A DNA stretch of 64,000 bases from assembly GCA_038523235.1 (NCBI GenBank), contig JBCBJQ010000003.1:64001-128000 (forward strand), read 5' to 3'. A model generated the notes under the pieces. The model made no database searches. It saw only the letters and a list, made by a program, of their open reading frames with translations, and was not told where the DNA came from. Positions 1 through 9,506 of this stretch are shown in pieces. This DNA is from Cyanobacteria bacterium J06626_4. GTDB taxonomy: Bacteria > Cyanobacteriota > Cyanobacteriia > Phormidesmidales > Phormidesmidaceae. The position numbers and the translations under genes are program-made. Position 1 is the first letter of the stretch. Every line of letters starts with the position of its first letter.

Positions 1-115
1 TCACCCAATAAGCGCCCATGCCTATCCCAAAGGCAGCTCCGGCCATGGCCCCCAAAATCAGCCACAATGGGGGCCGGAACTTTTTCGCCTGCTTAGGGTA
101 TACCCGCTGTCTCAT
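1..115 (-). CDS. 5' end of a protein with an N-terminal membrane anchor, truncated by the window edge
   Basis: ATG at 115 (minus) reads MRQRVYPKQAKKFRPPLWLILGAMAGAAFGIGMGAYWV, open to the edge. Basic residues are followed by a hydrophobic helix. Confidence 0.5.
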   Translation of the reverse strand, partial: MRQRVYPKQAKKFRPPLWLILGAMAGAAFGIGMGAYWV

Positions 116-508
116 AGCGCTGTTATCACGTCTGCTCCCAGTTCTCGATTAATAACGCCTGAGCCCGGCTCTCAATTTCGGACGATGAATGCCTACAAGA
201 AACGGTCATGAGTTAAGGGCATCGGGGAATCACTCTATTTTGGTGACTTAAATCTGAATTATCGTCGCCGCGATCGCCCCCTTGGCCCCCTAGCCGCCGC
301 CCAACCGCCGTAAACTGCCGCGATTATAGGGTGAACTTTGGCAATGTGAACGAAATTAAGAGTTTTTCTGGAGGATTTGGCCACTGCTTTTAAAGGCTTG
401 TACCCTAAAGGCATTCTCACCCTGGGATTAACCCTGGGAGTGACTGCCACCTTTTGGCCCTCTAAGTCAGACCGAACGATTCTTTATGAGTGCCTTGAGG
501 ATCATCCT

Positions 509-2224
509 GTGGCTAGCGAACATCAGTTTGTACTCGATCTAACCGTTGCCCTCGGGGCCTCCGCGATCAGTGGGTTTGTGGCCCATCGGTTGCGGCAGCC
601 AGCCCTGTTGGGCTATTTGGCCGCGGGCTTGATGATTGGTCCGTCGGGGTTTGGCCTGCTCAATGATGTGCAGCAAATTGAAGAGTTAGCCGAAATTGGC
701 GTCGCCTTTTTGCTGTTTGCTCTGGGCGTCGAGTTTTCGTTAGCCAAGCTCAAGCGGGTGCAAAAGATTGCAGTACAGGGCAGCCTTCTACAAATGGGAA
801 CCACTGCCGCTTTGGCGCTAGTGATTGCGGTCGTGGCTGGCTGGGCCATTTCGGTGCTGCAGGGGATCTTTCTGGGCTTTGTGCTGGCGCTGTCTTCCAC
901 TGCAGTGGTGCTTAAGCTGCTGACCGATCGCGGCGAAACGACGGCGGTGCATGGTCAGCTCATGTTAGCGATCCTGATTGCCCAGGATCTCGCCCTTGGC
1001 CTGATGCTGGCGTTTTTACCCGCGCTCGATCAGCCGGAAGCTTTTTGGGTGGTGTTGGCGGCTGCAGTGTTGAAATTTGTGCTCTTTTTAGTGGGGGCGA
1101 TCGCTGTCGGGCGCTGGGGAGTGCCCCCACTCATGCGCACCATCGCCGCTACCGAGAGCCAAGAGTTGTTTTTGCTCACGATTATTGCGCTCTGTTTAGG
1201 CATTGCCTGGGTCACTTCGCGGCTTGGCCTGTCGATTGAGATGGGGGCCTTTGTCGCAGGCCTGATGGTGTCAGAAGTCGATTATTCCGAGCAGGCACTG
1301 GGGCGGGTGCTGCCGTTGCGCGACACCTTTGCCTGTCTATTTTTCGCGTCAGTGGGGATGCTGATTGATCCCCAAGTGCTGATTAGCAATGGGGCCATTA
1401 TTTTAGGGTTGGTGACCTTGGTCATGATTGGCAAAGCGTTGATTATCTTGCCCATCATTCTGCGCTTTGGTTATTCCTTTAAGACAGCGCTATTGGTCAG
1501 CGTCGGCTTAAATCAAATTGGCGAATTTTCCTTTGTGCTCTCGCTACAAGGGTTCGATCTGGGCTTGATTAGCGAACAGCAATATCTCTTGCTGCTGGGC
1601 ACGACGGCAATCACACTGGTGTTGACCCCGGCCTGGCTCAACAGCGCTCCGATGCTGACCCGCTGGCTACGCCGGGTGCCTTACCTTCGCAAATGGCAGG
1701 AGCGGTTATCAGAACCACAGTTGTTGTCAGTTCCAGACAATCTGTCTGACCACGTGATTGTGGCGGGGTATGGTCGGGTGGGGCGGGTTTTGGTCAACAT
1801 TCTGCTCAACCAGGGCTATCGGGTGCTGGTGATCGAAAACAGTGAAGCGGCGATTCAAGGCCTGCGACACCGACAAATTCCGTTTATCTATGGCGATGCC
1901 GATGCTGAGCAAGTGTTAGAAAAAACTCATCTCACCACCGCCAAGGCCCTGGCGATCGCCCTGCCCGACCCCATCAGTACTCGACTACTGCTACAGCGTG
2001 CCCTTATCCACTCTCCTCGGCTCGATATTATTGCCCGCTCGCACACTGATCAAGAAATCGACCTGCTGACTCAATTGGGGGCCCGTGAGGTGGTGCAGCC
2101 AGAGTTTGAAGCCGCGATGGAACTGGGTGCCCACCTGCTGCATACCCTAGGGGAAGAGGCGGGAGAAATTCAGGCGGTGCTGGAAACAATTCGCCGCGAT
2201 CGCTACCAGAGTGTTCGCGGTTAG
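509..2224 (+). CDS. CPA2-family cation:proton antiporter with C-terminal TrkA-N/KTN domain (KefB/KefC-like)
   Basis: Many TM helices, LSSTAVVLK and QD motifs, and C-terminal HVIVAGYGRVG Rossmann motif. GTG at 509 follows GAGGA; the ORF track extends to 377. Confidence 0.9.
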   Translation: MASEHQFVLDLTVALGASAISGFVAHRLRQPALLGYLAAGLMIGPSGFGLLNDVQQIEELAEIGVAFLLFALGVEFSLAKLKRVQKIAVQGSLLQMGTTAALALVIAVVAGWAISVLQGIFLGFVLALSSTAVVLKLLTDRGETTAVHGQLMLAILIAQDLALGLMLAFLPALDQPEAFWVVLAAAVLKFVLFLVGAIAVGRWGVPPLMRTIAATESQELFLLTIIALCLGIAWVTSRLGLSIEMGAFVAGLMVSEVDYSEQALGRVLPLRDTFACLFFASVGMLIDPQVLISNGAIILGLVTLVMIGKALIILPIILRFGYSFKTALLVSVGLNQIGEFSFVLSLQGFDLGLISEQQYLLLLGTTAITLVLTPAWLNSAPMLTRWLRRVPYLRKWQERLSEPQLLSVPDNLSDHVIVAGYGRVGRVLVNILLNQGYRVLVIENSEAAIQGLRHRQIPFIYGDADAEQVLEKTHLTTAKALAIALPDPISTRLLLQRALIHSPRLDIIARSHTDQEIDLLTQLGAREVVQPEFEAAMELGAHLLHTLGEEAGEIQAVLETIRRDRYQSVRG

Positions 2225-2397
2225 CTAGGGTTCTAGACGACGCTTAAATGCCGCATTCCGAGGCAGTTCATGAACTGTGTGTAAACGGCAGGAGAGGTTT
2301 ATCCTCAATATTCAGTGAGGTTGCCAGTGTCTCTCTTTGCTTTTGGCGAAAAGCCGGCTTAGAGTGCTCAGGAGAGGCTAAGGGAACGCGGACAACT

Positions 2398-2865
2398 TCA
2401 ACTCAGCTTTGCCGTACATTCCAAAATCAGGCGCTCGTTAATGGTGGCGTAGGGCTGCACTTTGAGTGCTCGGCGAAATGCCTGAATGGCGGCCATATGA
2501 TTGCCCAAACTCGCATGGCACAGACCAATACCATGCAAAGCCCCAAAGTGATAGGGCACCAAGTCCAAAGCTTTTTCACAGTCAGCGATCGCCGGCCAGA
2601 AACGCTTTTGCATGTAGTACAAGACCGCTCGACGGTTCCAAGCTTCGGCAAAATCAGGCATGCCCTCCACCGTTTCAGTCAGCAAGGCTTCGGCCTCAGC
2701 CGCTTCGCCCTTATCAAATAGGGTTTGACTGCGCACTAAAATTTGGGCTCCATAGGCCCCTTTCTGGGTATACCAGCGACGCCACAGCGCCTCAGTAGCG
2801 ACTTGTCGGATATTAGAGTCTGGATCTTGCAGATCTTGCAACAAAGATTCGACATCGGATGACAT
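2398..2865 (-). CDS. TPR-repeat protein
   Basis: PDFAEAWNRRAVLYY and PYHFGALHGIGLC TPR motifs. ATG 2865 preferred over TTG 2898. Confidence 0.85.
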   Translation of the reverse strand: MSSDVESLLQDLQDPDSNIRQVATEALWRRWYTQKGAYGAQILVRSQTLFDKGEAAEAEALLTETVEGMPDFAEAWNRRAVLYYMQKRFWPAIADCEKALDLVPYHFGALHGIGLCHASLGNHMAAIQAFRRALKVQPYATINERLILECTAKLS

Positions 2866-3201
2866 AGATTCAGTGGCGCTCACAGGGGGGAAAGCCAACC
2901 CTGCTTGAGGAGGCAGATGTTGGCTGACAGAATACTACCGTAAATGGAATAGCCAATTTATGCAGCGGCTTACAGCAGCAAAACCAGCCTAGAACAATCG
3001 TCTCGGGGCTTCTGTTTAAGGCAAACGCTCAAAAACCTCTTTATCGCCCTCAGCGATCAAGGAATATAAGCAAAAATGGCGCTCTTTAGGACTATTCTCG
3101 AGCGCGTTTCCCTTTCCCCAAGTTAGCCGTCAGAGCATCACCAAGAGCCGATCTGGTTACCGCATTTGGCTAGGTAAAAATGGCAAAATCATCGCTCACG
3201 G

Positions 3202-3516
3202 TTACGACACGCGATCGCTCAGCACACGAGTGTTAGCAGGCAACGCCATTTTTCTGGCAACAGTATGCGCTAAGTCTTTTGAGCTGCGAATGCTCGCCCA
3301 CAGACTACAGTTCTGCTCACCAACCGTTAGTACAACATCGGCCCCTTTTTGGGTGAGCTTACAGGCCAATTGGTAGAGTCGAGTGCGATACTCGGGATTA
3401 GCCTGCTTCAGCCTGTAATAAAGCTCGTTTTGCAAATGCATGCCATCTTGCAAGGTTTCACAAAACCAAAATTTAAATACCCGTACAGTGCTTTCTTCAA
3501 CAACTTCTGGTAGCAA
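3202..3516 (-). CDS. Conserved cyanobacterial hypothetical protein
   Basis: MLPEVVEE..VRVFKFWF..LQDGMHLQNELY...CSLWASIRS resembles a recurrent small cyanobacterial family. Start uncertain (3516-3531). Confidence 0.6.
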   Translation of the reverse strand: MLPEVVEESTVRVFKFWFCETLQDGMHLQNELYYRLKQANPEYRTRLYQLACKLTQKGADVVLTVGEQNCSLWASIRSSKDLAHTVARKMALPANTRVLSDRVS

Positions 3517-4209
3517 ACCCCATGACCTCACGCTAGTAGTGGCTCAAGTCCAATATCGATTCATCAATGCACACCAGCCGTGCTGTATTCCTACTTGTAT
3601 AAACATAACTGCAGTTGCAATTTCGTGCCGTAACTCATAGACAACTGACAAATCATCGCTCAATTGCTCGTGATGCTGGAACCAACGTATGACCAGGGAA
3701 AGAGGGCTCATACGACGCCTCACTTCAGTCAGGGCTCTGACAAAAGCCATCAGGAACGACATCTCAGATGCCAGTCCGACAGCCGAAACGACTACGATAG
3801 TGGGCCATCTGCCCTACAGCAAGCGGGAGCGACGGCGCGATCACTTCACCATCAGCCGACAGACACCGTAATGCTTGCCAATAGTATGGGCGGTCTTGAT
3901 TAACTTGTAACACCCGCTATTTGCCTCGCAGAATGCGGCGGTCAAAATACCGAACGCTGAATTAAGGGACTGATCAAATCACGATTTCAGCGATCTGGAG
4001 CGTCTTGCCCTAACTGCGGTTTGCGATCAGTCGTAAGGCGTAATTATGGGGCCGATGTGTTGTTGATGGCGTCATGTCTCAAAGCCTTGCCGAGTTGTGT
4101 GTGATGGCCATGCCAAACACCCCCTCCACAGCATCGTTTATTGACATTTACCGACTGACTAAGCTGAGAATTGAGGCCTCTTCAGCTGCTTGAACTCCTG
4201 ACATTGACC

Positions 4210-4605
4210 TCAAGCGTTGTAGCGATAGGACCGCTTGATAACAGCCGACTGTACCAGCGAAACCAAAATATCGTCAGTCAGGGGCTTTACCAAAAAGCCA
4301 TCCAACTCTAAGAGGTCTTTAGAACCTTGCCATCGAGGAGAGGCCGACTCTGTCAAGGCGACAATCGTCATTGCTAGTGCCTTGGCCGAACAGCGAAGCG
4401 CTTTGACCTGATGTTCAAACCACGTTTGGTTTTCTCCCACCAAGATCACCAGACACGGATTGACCTGCTGGGCTTGCTCAACGGCATGTTCTGCAGACGA
4501 AGCCACCACTAAAGAATAGTGCTCAGACATCGTGGGAAGCTCTGATGCCTGAGCTGGGATCTGCCGTTCGTCTAATACGAGAACATAATCTTGAGAGAGT
4601 TTCAT
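4210..4605 (-). CDS. Stand-alone receiver-like (pseudo-receiver) protein
   Basis: CheY-like pattern VLVLDE ... IVALT ... DGFLVKP; the phospho-acceptor Asp is not evident. Confidence 0.7.
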   Translation of the reverse strand: MKLSQDYVLVLDERQIPAQASELPTMSEHYSLVVASSAEHAVEQAQQVNPCLVILVGENQTWFEHQVKALRCSAKALAMTIVALTESASPRWQGSKDLLELDGFLVKPLTDDILVSLVQSAVIKRSYRYNA

Positions 4606-5387
4606 TTCTTAACCATCAGGTTGTGAGCTTCTAACCGGAAGAATTCATCCCCAGTGCGCGTTGTTCATGGCACTGATGCAACGTATCACTGACCCTTATT
4701 CTGCTCGACCGGTGGGATGATTCGCGAGAAAATTCGTTTTTTTTCAGCTTTGCTGTTCTTTAAAGTTCCATAAAAATAATTTTCTTCATGAGCGCATTTT
4801 CTTGTCGGCAAAAATCGGCAGCTGTGCAGTTTTTACTAATGATGAAGGCAGTTGATTGAGCTGACCTTGTCCAAGCCAAACCGCCTTGGCTAGAGCCAGA
4901 CACTCGCATTAGCCGAGGGTTTGGGCGACGATCTCACTTCTGGCTCTGAGCTTTGGTGAGCCATCCCGAGTCACAACTGATATCTTTTGGCTTTGATTTT
5001 AGAAACCGTAGACAGCATCTCAGTTAAGTTTATTTTTGTTACGTCAAAAGACCGACGTTGCGATCTTGATATCTTCGTTCACAGAACTTTAGGATTTTTA
5101 TTTGCCTATGGAAAATCTGTGTCTGTTCATCCTATGGCAGCTGCCGCCAACGCAATATTGTTCTTATGACTATTGTTAGATTTGACCGATTTACGGGGTC
5201 GCTTATCCGCGTTTGGCGGGCTGCTGAGCAACCCGTCTTGCCAGCAGCAAGGAGGATGGGCACTTTGCTGGCCAAACTGATTTAGCTGAGCACCCGGCGT
5301 CCTGCGGCTCTCGGTCGGACTCTTGCCAAGGCACCAAGACATTGACAAGACAGATTTGAGGCAGCTTGGTAGGCCGCAGAAGTTCGC

Positions 5388-5939
5388 TTATCCTCCCGCC
5401 GCCGCAGTTTCTAGAATGTCAATGAAATAGTTGAGGGGAGGCGTAGTTTGGTCAATGCTTTTGGCGCGATCGTCCCAGCGGCGGAGCTTGACTGCGTCGG
5501 TCGCATAAGGTTGCTGAATAAAGCGGGCGGCAGCGGCAGCCGAGAAAACACCTCCCTGCAGTTCTAAACTGCACTGTGAGGCTGGGGAGAGTGCTGCCCA
5601 GTAGGCTTGATCGACCGCGCAGAGATAGCGTTTGGCTGCCACATGTAGGCAAATCGGTGTGGTCACCGCCGTGGGCCACAGCTGCTCTAAAACCGGCCCG
5701 GCCCGATATTCATGACGATCATCGAAGCCACGCTGAGCAGCATCTTCGCCCAAATGATGAATAAGGTGACCGATGTCATGCAGCAGGCAAGCGGTGATCA
5801 GCGCGACCGACTCACCGGCCTGTTCGGCCAGGGTGGCGCACTGCAGGGCATGGGCTAACTGACTCACTGCTTCGCCGCCGTATTGGGTCTGGCCGCGATC
5901 GCGATAGAGCTGCAGTAAGGAAGCCATTAGAGGAGGCAT
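5388..5939 (-). CDS. HD-domain protein, PhnZ-like (phosphonate-cleaving oxygenase family)
   Basis: YGGEAVSQLAHALQCA, LLHDIGH, DDRHE, LHVAAKRYL, SLELQGG and LRRWDDRAK motifs. Confidence 0.8.
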   Translation of the reverse strand: MPPLMASLLQLYRDRGQTQYGGEAVSQLAHALQCATLAEQAGESVALITACLLHDIGHLIHHLGEDAAQRGFDDRHEYRAGPVLEQLWPTAVTTPICLHVAAKRYLCAVDQAYWAALSPASQCSLELQGGVFSAAAAARFIQQPYATDAVKLRRWDDRAKSIDQTTPPLNYFIDILETAAAGG

Positions 5940-6265
5940 GGGCGGGCCAGGATAAACAACAGGGGAGCACGAAACATGTGGTTTAGCAGTTTTCTGCCGA
6001 TTGGCGACAGTGTCAGGCCGTCTTCCGGTTCGACGTTGATCTGACCGTGATTAGTCTACAGGGGGCTGAACTCCATCCCTTTTAATCAATTGAGTACGGC
6101 TCAATCGCGCCCGATTCGTCCCGCCAGTCCCAAGGGCACGACAGTGTGATGGCGATCGCGCAGTGACAGGGGCACCGGCTCTCGGAACTGGAGGAATGAG
6201 GCGATCGCCTCATTCCTCCAGCAATTCGGTACCGTTAGATTGGTAGCCCAAATGAGGCACGGATT

Positions 6266-6868
6266 GTGATGGTTGCTCCACTGCTGACACAAACGCCAGA
6301 AGCCGGTACCGAACAGCGGGTACTGCTGCATGGTGTTGATTGGGAACGGTACACCGCGCTGCTGGAAGTGCTGGGGGATAACTTTCCCACACTGCGCCTG
6401 AGCTATCTAGAAGGCACGCTAGAGATTATGACCAACTCTCCAGAACACGAAGATCTGAAAAAAATGATCGGAATGTTGGTCGAAGCCTATTTGCAAGAAA
6501 CGCGCACTCGCTTCCATGCTGGGGGTTCCACGACGTTTCGCCAGGCGGCCAAACAGCGGGGACTAGAGCCGGATGAATGCTATTGCTTCGGTGCGAAAAA
6601 AGAATTTCCTGATCTGGCGATTGAGGTAGTCATCACCAGCGGCTTGGTAGACAAGCTGGAGATTTATCGAGGCTTGGGCGTGACCGAAGTTTGGCAATGG
6701 CAACCGGAAACCTTCTCGATTTACCGTCTCCAACCCAGCGGCTATGCCCGGGTGAATGCCAGTGAACTATTGCCCGATCTGGATTTCCAACTGCTGGCAG
6801 CGCATGTTCAGCCAGAGAATCAGTTCGATGCGGTCATGGATTTTCGTGACGCCGTTCGGCGGTCGTAG
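6266..6868 (+). CDS. Uma2 family (DUF820) endonuclease-like protein
   Basis: GTLEIM, GLEPDECY, PDLAIEVVITS and KLEIYRGLGVTEVW motifs. Confidence 0.9.
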   Translation: MMVAPLLTQTPEAGTEQRVLLHGVDWERYTALLEVLGDNFPTLRLSYLEGTLEIMTNSPEHEDLKKMIGMLVEAYLQETRTRFHAGGSTTFRQAAKQRGLEPDECYCFGAKKEFPDLAIEVVITSGLVDKLEIYRGLGVTEVWQWQPETFSIYRLQPSGYARVNASELLPDLDFQLLAAHVQPENQFDAVMDFRDAVRRS

Positions 6869-6937
6869 GGGCGAGGCATTCTCGAAATAGCCCTTCGGAT
6901 GACCCACAACGTCGATTCGAGAATGCCTCGCCCCTAC
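6865..6937. repeat. REP-like perfect 22-bp inverted repeat with GTAG foot
   Basis: GTAGGGGCGAGGCATTCTCGAA (6865-6886) and its exact reverse complement (6916-6937), with a 29-nt spacer. Confidence 0.85.
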
Positions 6938-6962
6938 AGGGTTTGGGAAAAACGAGTCGCCC

Positions 6963-7661
6963 CTATTCCAAATCATTCAACCGGATGTCATCGCCAGTCA
7001 TATCAGTGTGATAGACCCACGAGCGGTCGCCCCCTTCAACCACTGTTCGCCAGCCAAAAATTGCCTGTTGAGTGCAGACAGTATCGGGCCCGGCAACGCC
7101 CAGGCAGCCATCCCAAACTTGTGGTTCGGCGTCGGTGATCGTCAGCTGCTCAACGGGTAGGCCCGACTCGGCCGCCGCGATCGCCAGCACGCGATCGCCG
7201 ACGGAAGGCGGCAAATTGTTCGTGAGCGTGGATCGGCGAATCGCCTCCCCCGTGGCATCCGTGTGATAGAAATAGCTCTGATCTTGATGCACGACCTCCA
7301 GCTGCCAGCCCTCCACCAAAGCCTGTAAACAGGATTCGTTGGCTTGGCCAAGGCCTAAACAGCCATCACTCCAAACTTCTGGGGTAAACCGCAAGATAGA
7401 AATTGCAGCTAGGGGTACCCGTAACTCTGCGGCGGCTTGAGCAAGCACGCGATCGCTGACGAAATCTGGCACCATTTCGGGAGGCGTTGGTGGTGGCATG
7501 GGCTGTTCAGTATCAGGCGTGTCTGTAGAGTCTGGTTCTGAAGCGGCGGGTACCACACAGCCTGCTAGCAGACTCATCAACAGCGCCACTCCAACGAGCG
7601 CCACAGAACGGGCCTGCTTGACCCAGGGACTGAGGCGCAGCAGCATGGCAGGAGGCAGCAT
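6963..7661 (-). CDS. Lipoprotein with two copies of a W(S)DGCLG domain
   Basis: LLAGC lipobox. Duplicated motif WSDGCLG..CLQALVEGW..YHTDATG / WDGCLG..CTQQAIFGW..YHTDMTG. Confidence 0.75.
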   Translation of the reverse strand: MLPPAMLLRLSPWVKQARSVALVGVALLMSLLAGCVVPAASEPDSTDTPDTEQPMPPPTPPEMVPDFVSDRVLAQAAAELRVPLAAISILRFTPEVWSDGCLGLGQANESCLQALVEGWQLEVVHQDQSYFYHTDATGEAIRRSTLTNNLPPSVGDRVLAIAAAESGLPVEQLTITDAEPQVWDGCLGVAGPDTVCTQQAIFGWRTVVEGGDRSWVYHTDMTGDDIRLNDLE

Positions 7662-7735
7662 ATCGACATCCTTTATGAGGGGCTAATCTGTTCAGACAGC
7701 GTTCTTAAACTGTTGTTCCTACTACAAAATGATCG

Positions 7736-8179
7736 ATGACTTTTCAATATCACTACACCATTCGCTTTCAAGATACTGATGCCGCTGGGGTGGTTTATTT
7801 TGCGCAACTGTTAAGCATTTGCCATACCGCCTACGAAGCGTCTCTGCAGGAATCGGGGGTGGAACTCAAGACCTTTTTTAGTCGTGGCCCAGTGGCAGTG
7901 CCGATCACCTATACCGCTGCTGAATTTCGGCGTTCCCTGCACTGTGGCGACGCCATCGCGATCGCCCTCCGGCCGGAGCAGACTGCCGCCGACGGCTTCG
8001 AAATTGAATACAAGGTGCTGCAAGCCACAGGCAAAACCGCCGCGATCGCTACCACCCACCATGTTTGCATTGATCCGGCCACCCACGAGCGGCGTTCTCT
8101 CACGTCAGAGCTGACGGCGTGGTTGGCCCGGTGGACTGCAATACCTGAATCGCCCATCGGTGTAGCTCTGCCCGATTGA
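7736..8179 (+). CDS. 1,4-dihydroxy-2-naphthoyl-CoA hydrolase (4HBT-type thioesterase)
   Basis: IRFQDTDAAGVVYFA hotdog-fold motif; adjacent to the men genes. Confidence 0.85.
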   Translation: MTFQYHYTIRFQDTDAAGVVYFAQLLSICHTAYEASLQESGVELKTFFSRGPVAVPITYTAAEFRRSLHCGDAIAIALRPEQTAADGFEIEYKVLQATGKTAAIATTHHVCIDPATHERRSLTSELTAWLARWTAIPESPIGVALPD

Positions 8180-9506
8180 GCTTGCCCTGAAGATTGTAGG
8201 CAAGGGCCGGGCGCGACAACCACTGTTTCGGCAGTTTATAGGCACTGAGCTGTGGTTTTAAAGCGGCGATGAGGAGATCGCGCTCCCAGCCCTCATGCGG
8301 GGGAACAATCACCGCGACCACCTGCTCTCCCCAAGTTTTGTCGGGGATGCCGAGCACCACCGCGTCTTGCACCAGGCCCGTTCTGAGAATGGCCGCTTCC
8401 ACTTCGGCGGGCAGTACCTTCTCACCGCCCGTCAGGATAAGCGTGCCTGCCCGACCGACTACATGCAGGTATCCAGCTTCGTCGAGATATCCCAAATCCC
8501 CGCTTTGGAAGGGCTGGGCAAACGTCGTGTCTCCATACCCCCCAGCCAAAGACTGCGCCTCTAGAGAAATTCGCCCCGTTTGCCCAGGCGGCAAATCATG
8601 CCCACCCTCATCACGAATGGTGATGTGGGCATGGGGCAGCGCTCGGCCGCTATTGACCTGACCGCCTAAAAACTCTTGAGGCAACAGGGTCGCTACCTGA
8701 GCCGCGGTTTCAGTCATGCCATAGGTCGGGGCTAAGGGCAGCTGCAATTCCCGCGCCGTTTGCAGCAGGGCCGTACTTGCCGGAGCCCCTCCCAGCAAAA
8801 TCGCGGTGAACGATCGCAGCCAGGGCACAAAATCTTGCTCGGCATCCAACAGCCGCTGCAGTTGGGTGGGTACCAGGGAAAGAAATAAAGGGTCAGACGG
8901 ACTCGCGAACGCTCCGTCCTGAAGTAATGCCCGGAACGGCTGAATCATCAACTTTCCACCCCACAGTAAACATCGCATCGCCTGCATCAGGCCGCTGACG
9001 TGGTAAAGCGGTAGCACGCAGTAGGCGTTCACGCGATCACAATGAAAGTGCTGCTGAAATCCCTGCACCCCAGCGACTAATGTCTCCCAGGTGTGAACGG
9101 CAAAGCGGATGTTGCCCGACGACCCGCCCGTGGGGATGAGAATTTGGACCATCCCATTGTCGGCCAAAGCCATCTCTGGCTGCTGGCCGCGATCACCCGA
9201 TGCGTCCCACAGGCCCTCCGGCACAGCGCCTATCACGAGGTCGGGCTGGCACTGCGCAGCCACCTGCTGCCATTCCCCTAGCCCCCAGTGCGGATTCGCC
9301 AGCCATACCCGACCAGGCACCTGACAGGCGGCTAAAAATGCGGCCAAAAATCGTACCGGCTCCGCTTCGGCGAGCAAGATGTCTTGCGGTTTAGCCTGCT
9401 GAAATTGAACCTGAAACTGCTCTAGCTGTGGCCAAAAGGTCTCTGCGTCCACACCTACCAGCCAAGACTCGCCCCACCGCTGTGGCAAAACCGTTGCTGC
9501 CTTCAT
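8100..9506 (-). CDS. menE: o-succinylbenzoate-CoA ligase
   Basis: PTGGSSG AMP-binding loop, PTYGMTETA, GDLGYLD and GGEKV. The ATG overlaps the menC stop (ATGA). Confidence 0.9.
   Translation of the reverse strand: MKAATVLPQRWGESWLVGVDAETFWPQLEQFQVQFQQAKPQDILLAEAEPVRFLAAFLAACQVPGRVWLANPHWGLGEWQQVAAQCQPDLVIGAVPEGLWDASGDRGQQPEMALADNGMVQILIPTGGSSGNIRFAVHTWETLVAGVQGFQQHFHCDRVNAYCVLPLYHVSGLMQAMRCLLWGGKLMIQPFRALLQDGAFASPSDPLFLSLVPTQLQRLLDAEQDFVPWLRSFTAILLGGAPASTALLQTARELQLPLAPTYGMTETAAQVATLLPQEFLGGQVNSGRALPHAHITIRDEGGHDLPPGQTGRISLEAQSLAGGYGDTTFAQPFQSGDLGYLDEAGYLHVVGRAGTLILTGGEKVLPAEVEAAILRTGLVQDAVVLGIPDKTWGEQVVAVIVPPHEGWERDLLIAALKPQLSAYKLPKQWLSRPALAYNLQGKLNRAELHRWAIQVLQSTGPTTPSALT

Noticed and set aside
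3544..3903. Short ORFs of 60-79 aa in the gap
   Set aside because: They overlap each other and have no motif or clear RBS, so they cannot be supported.
6266..6868. Uma2 nuclease as a defence system
   Set aside because: The family is highly expanded and dispersed in cyanobacteria, and no methylase or other defence genes are adjacent.
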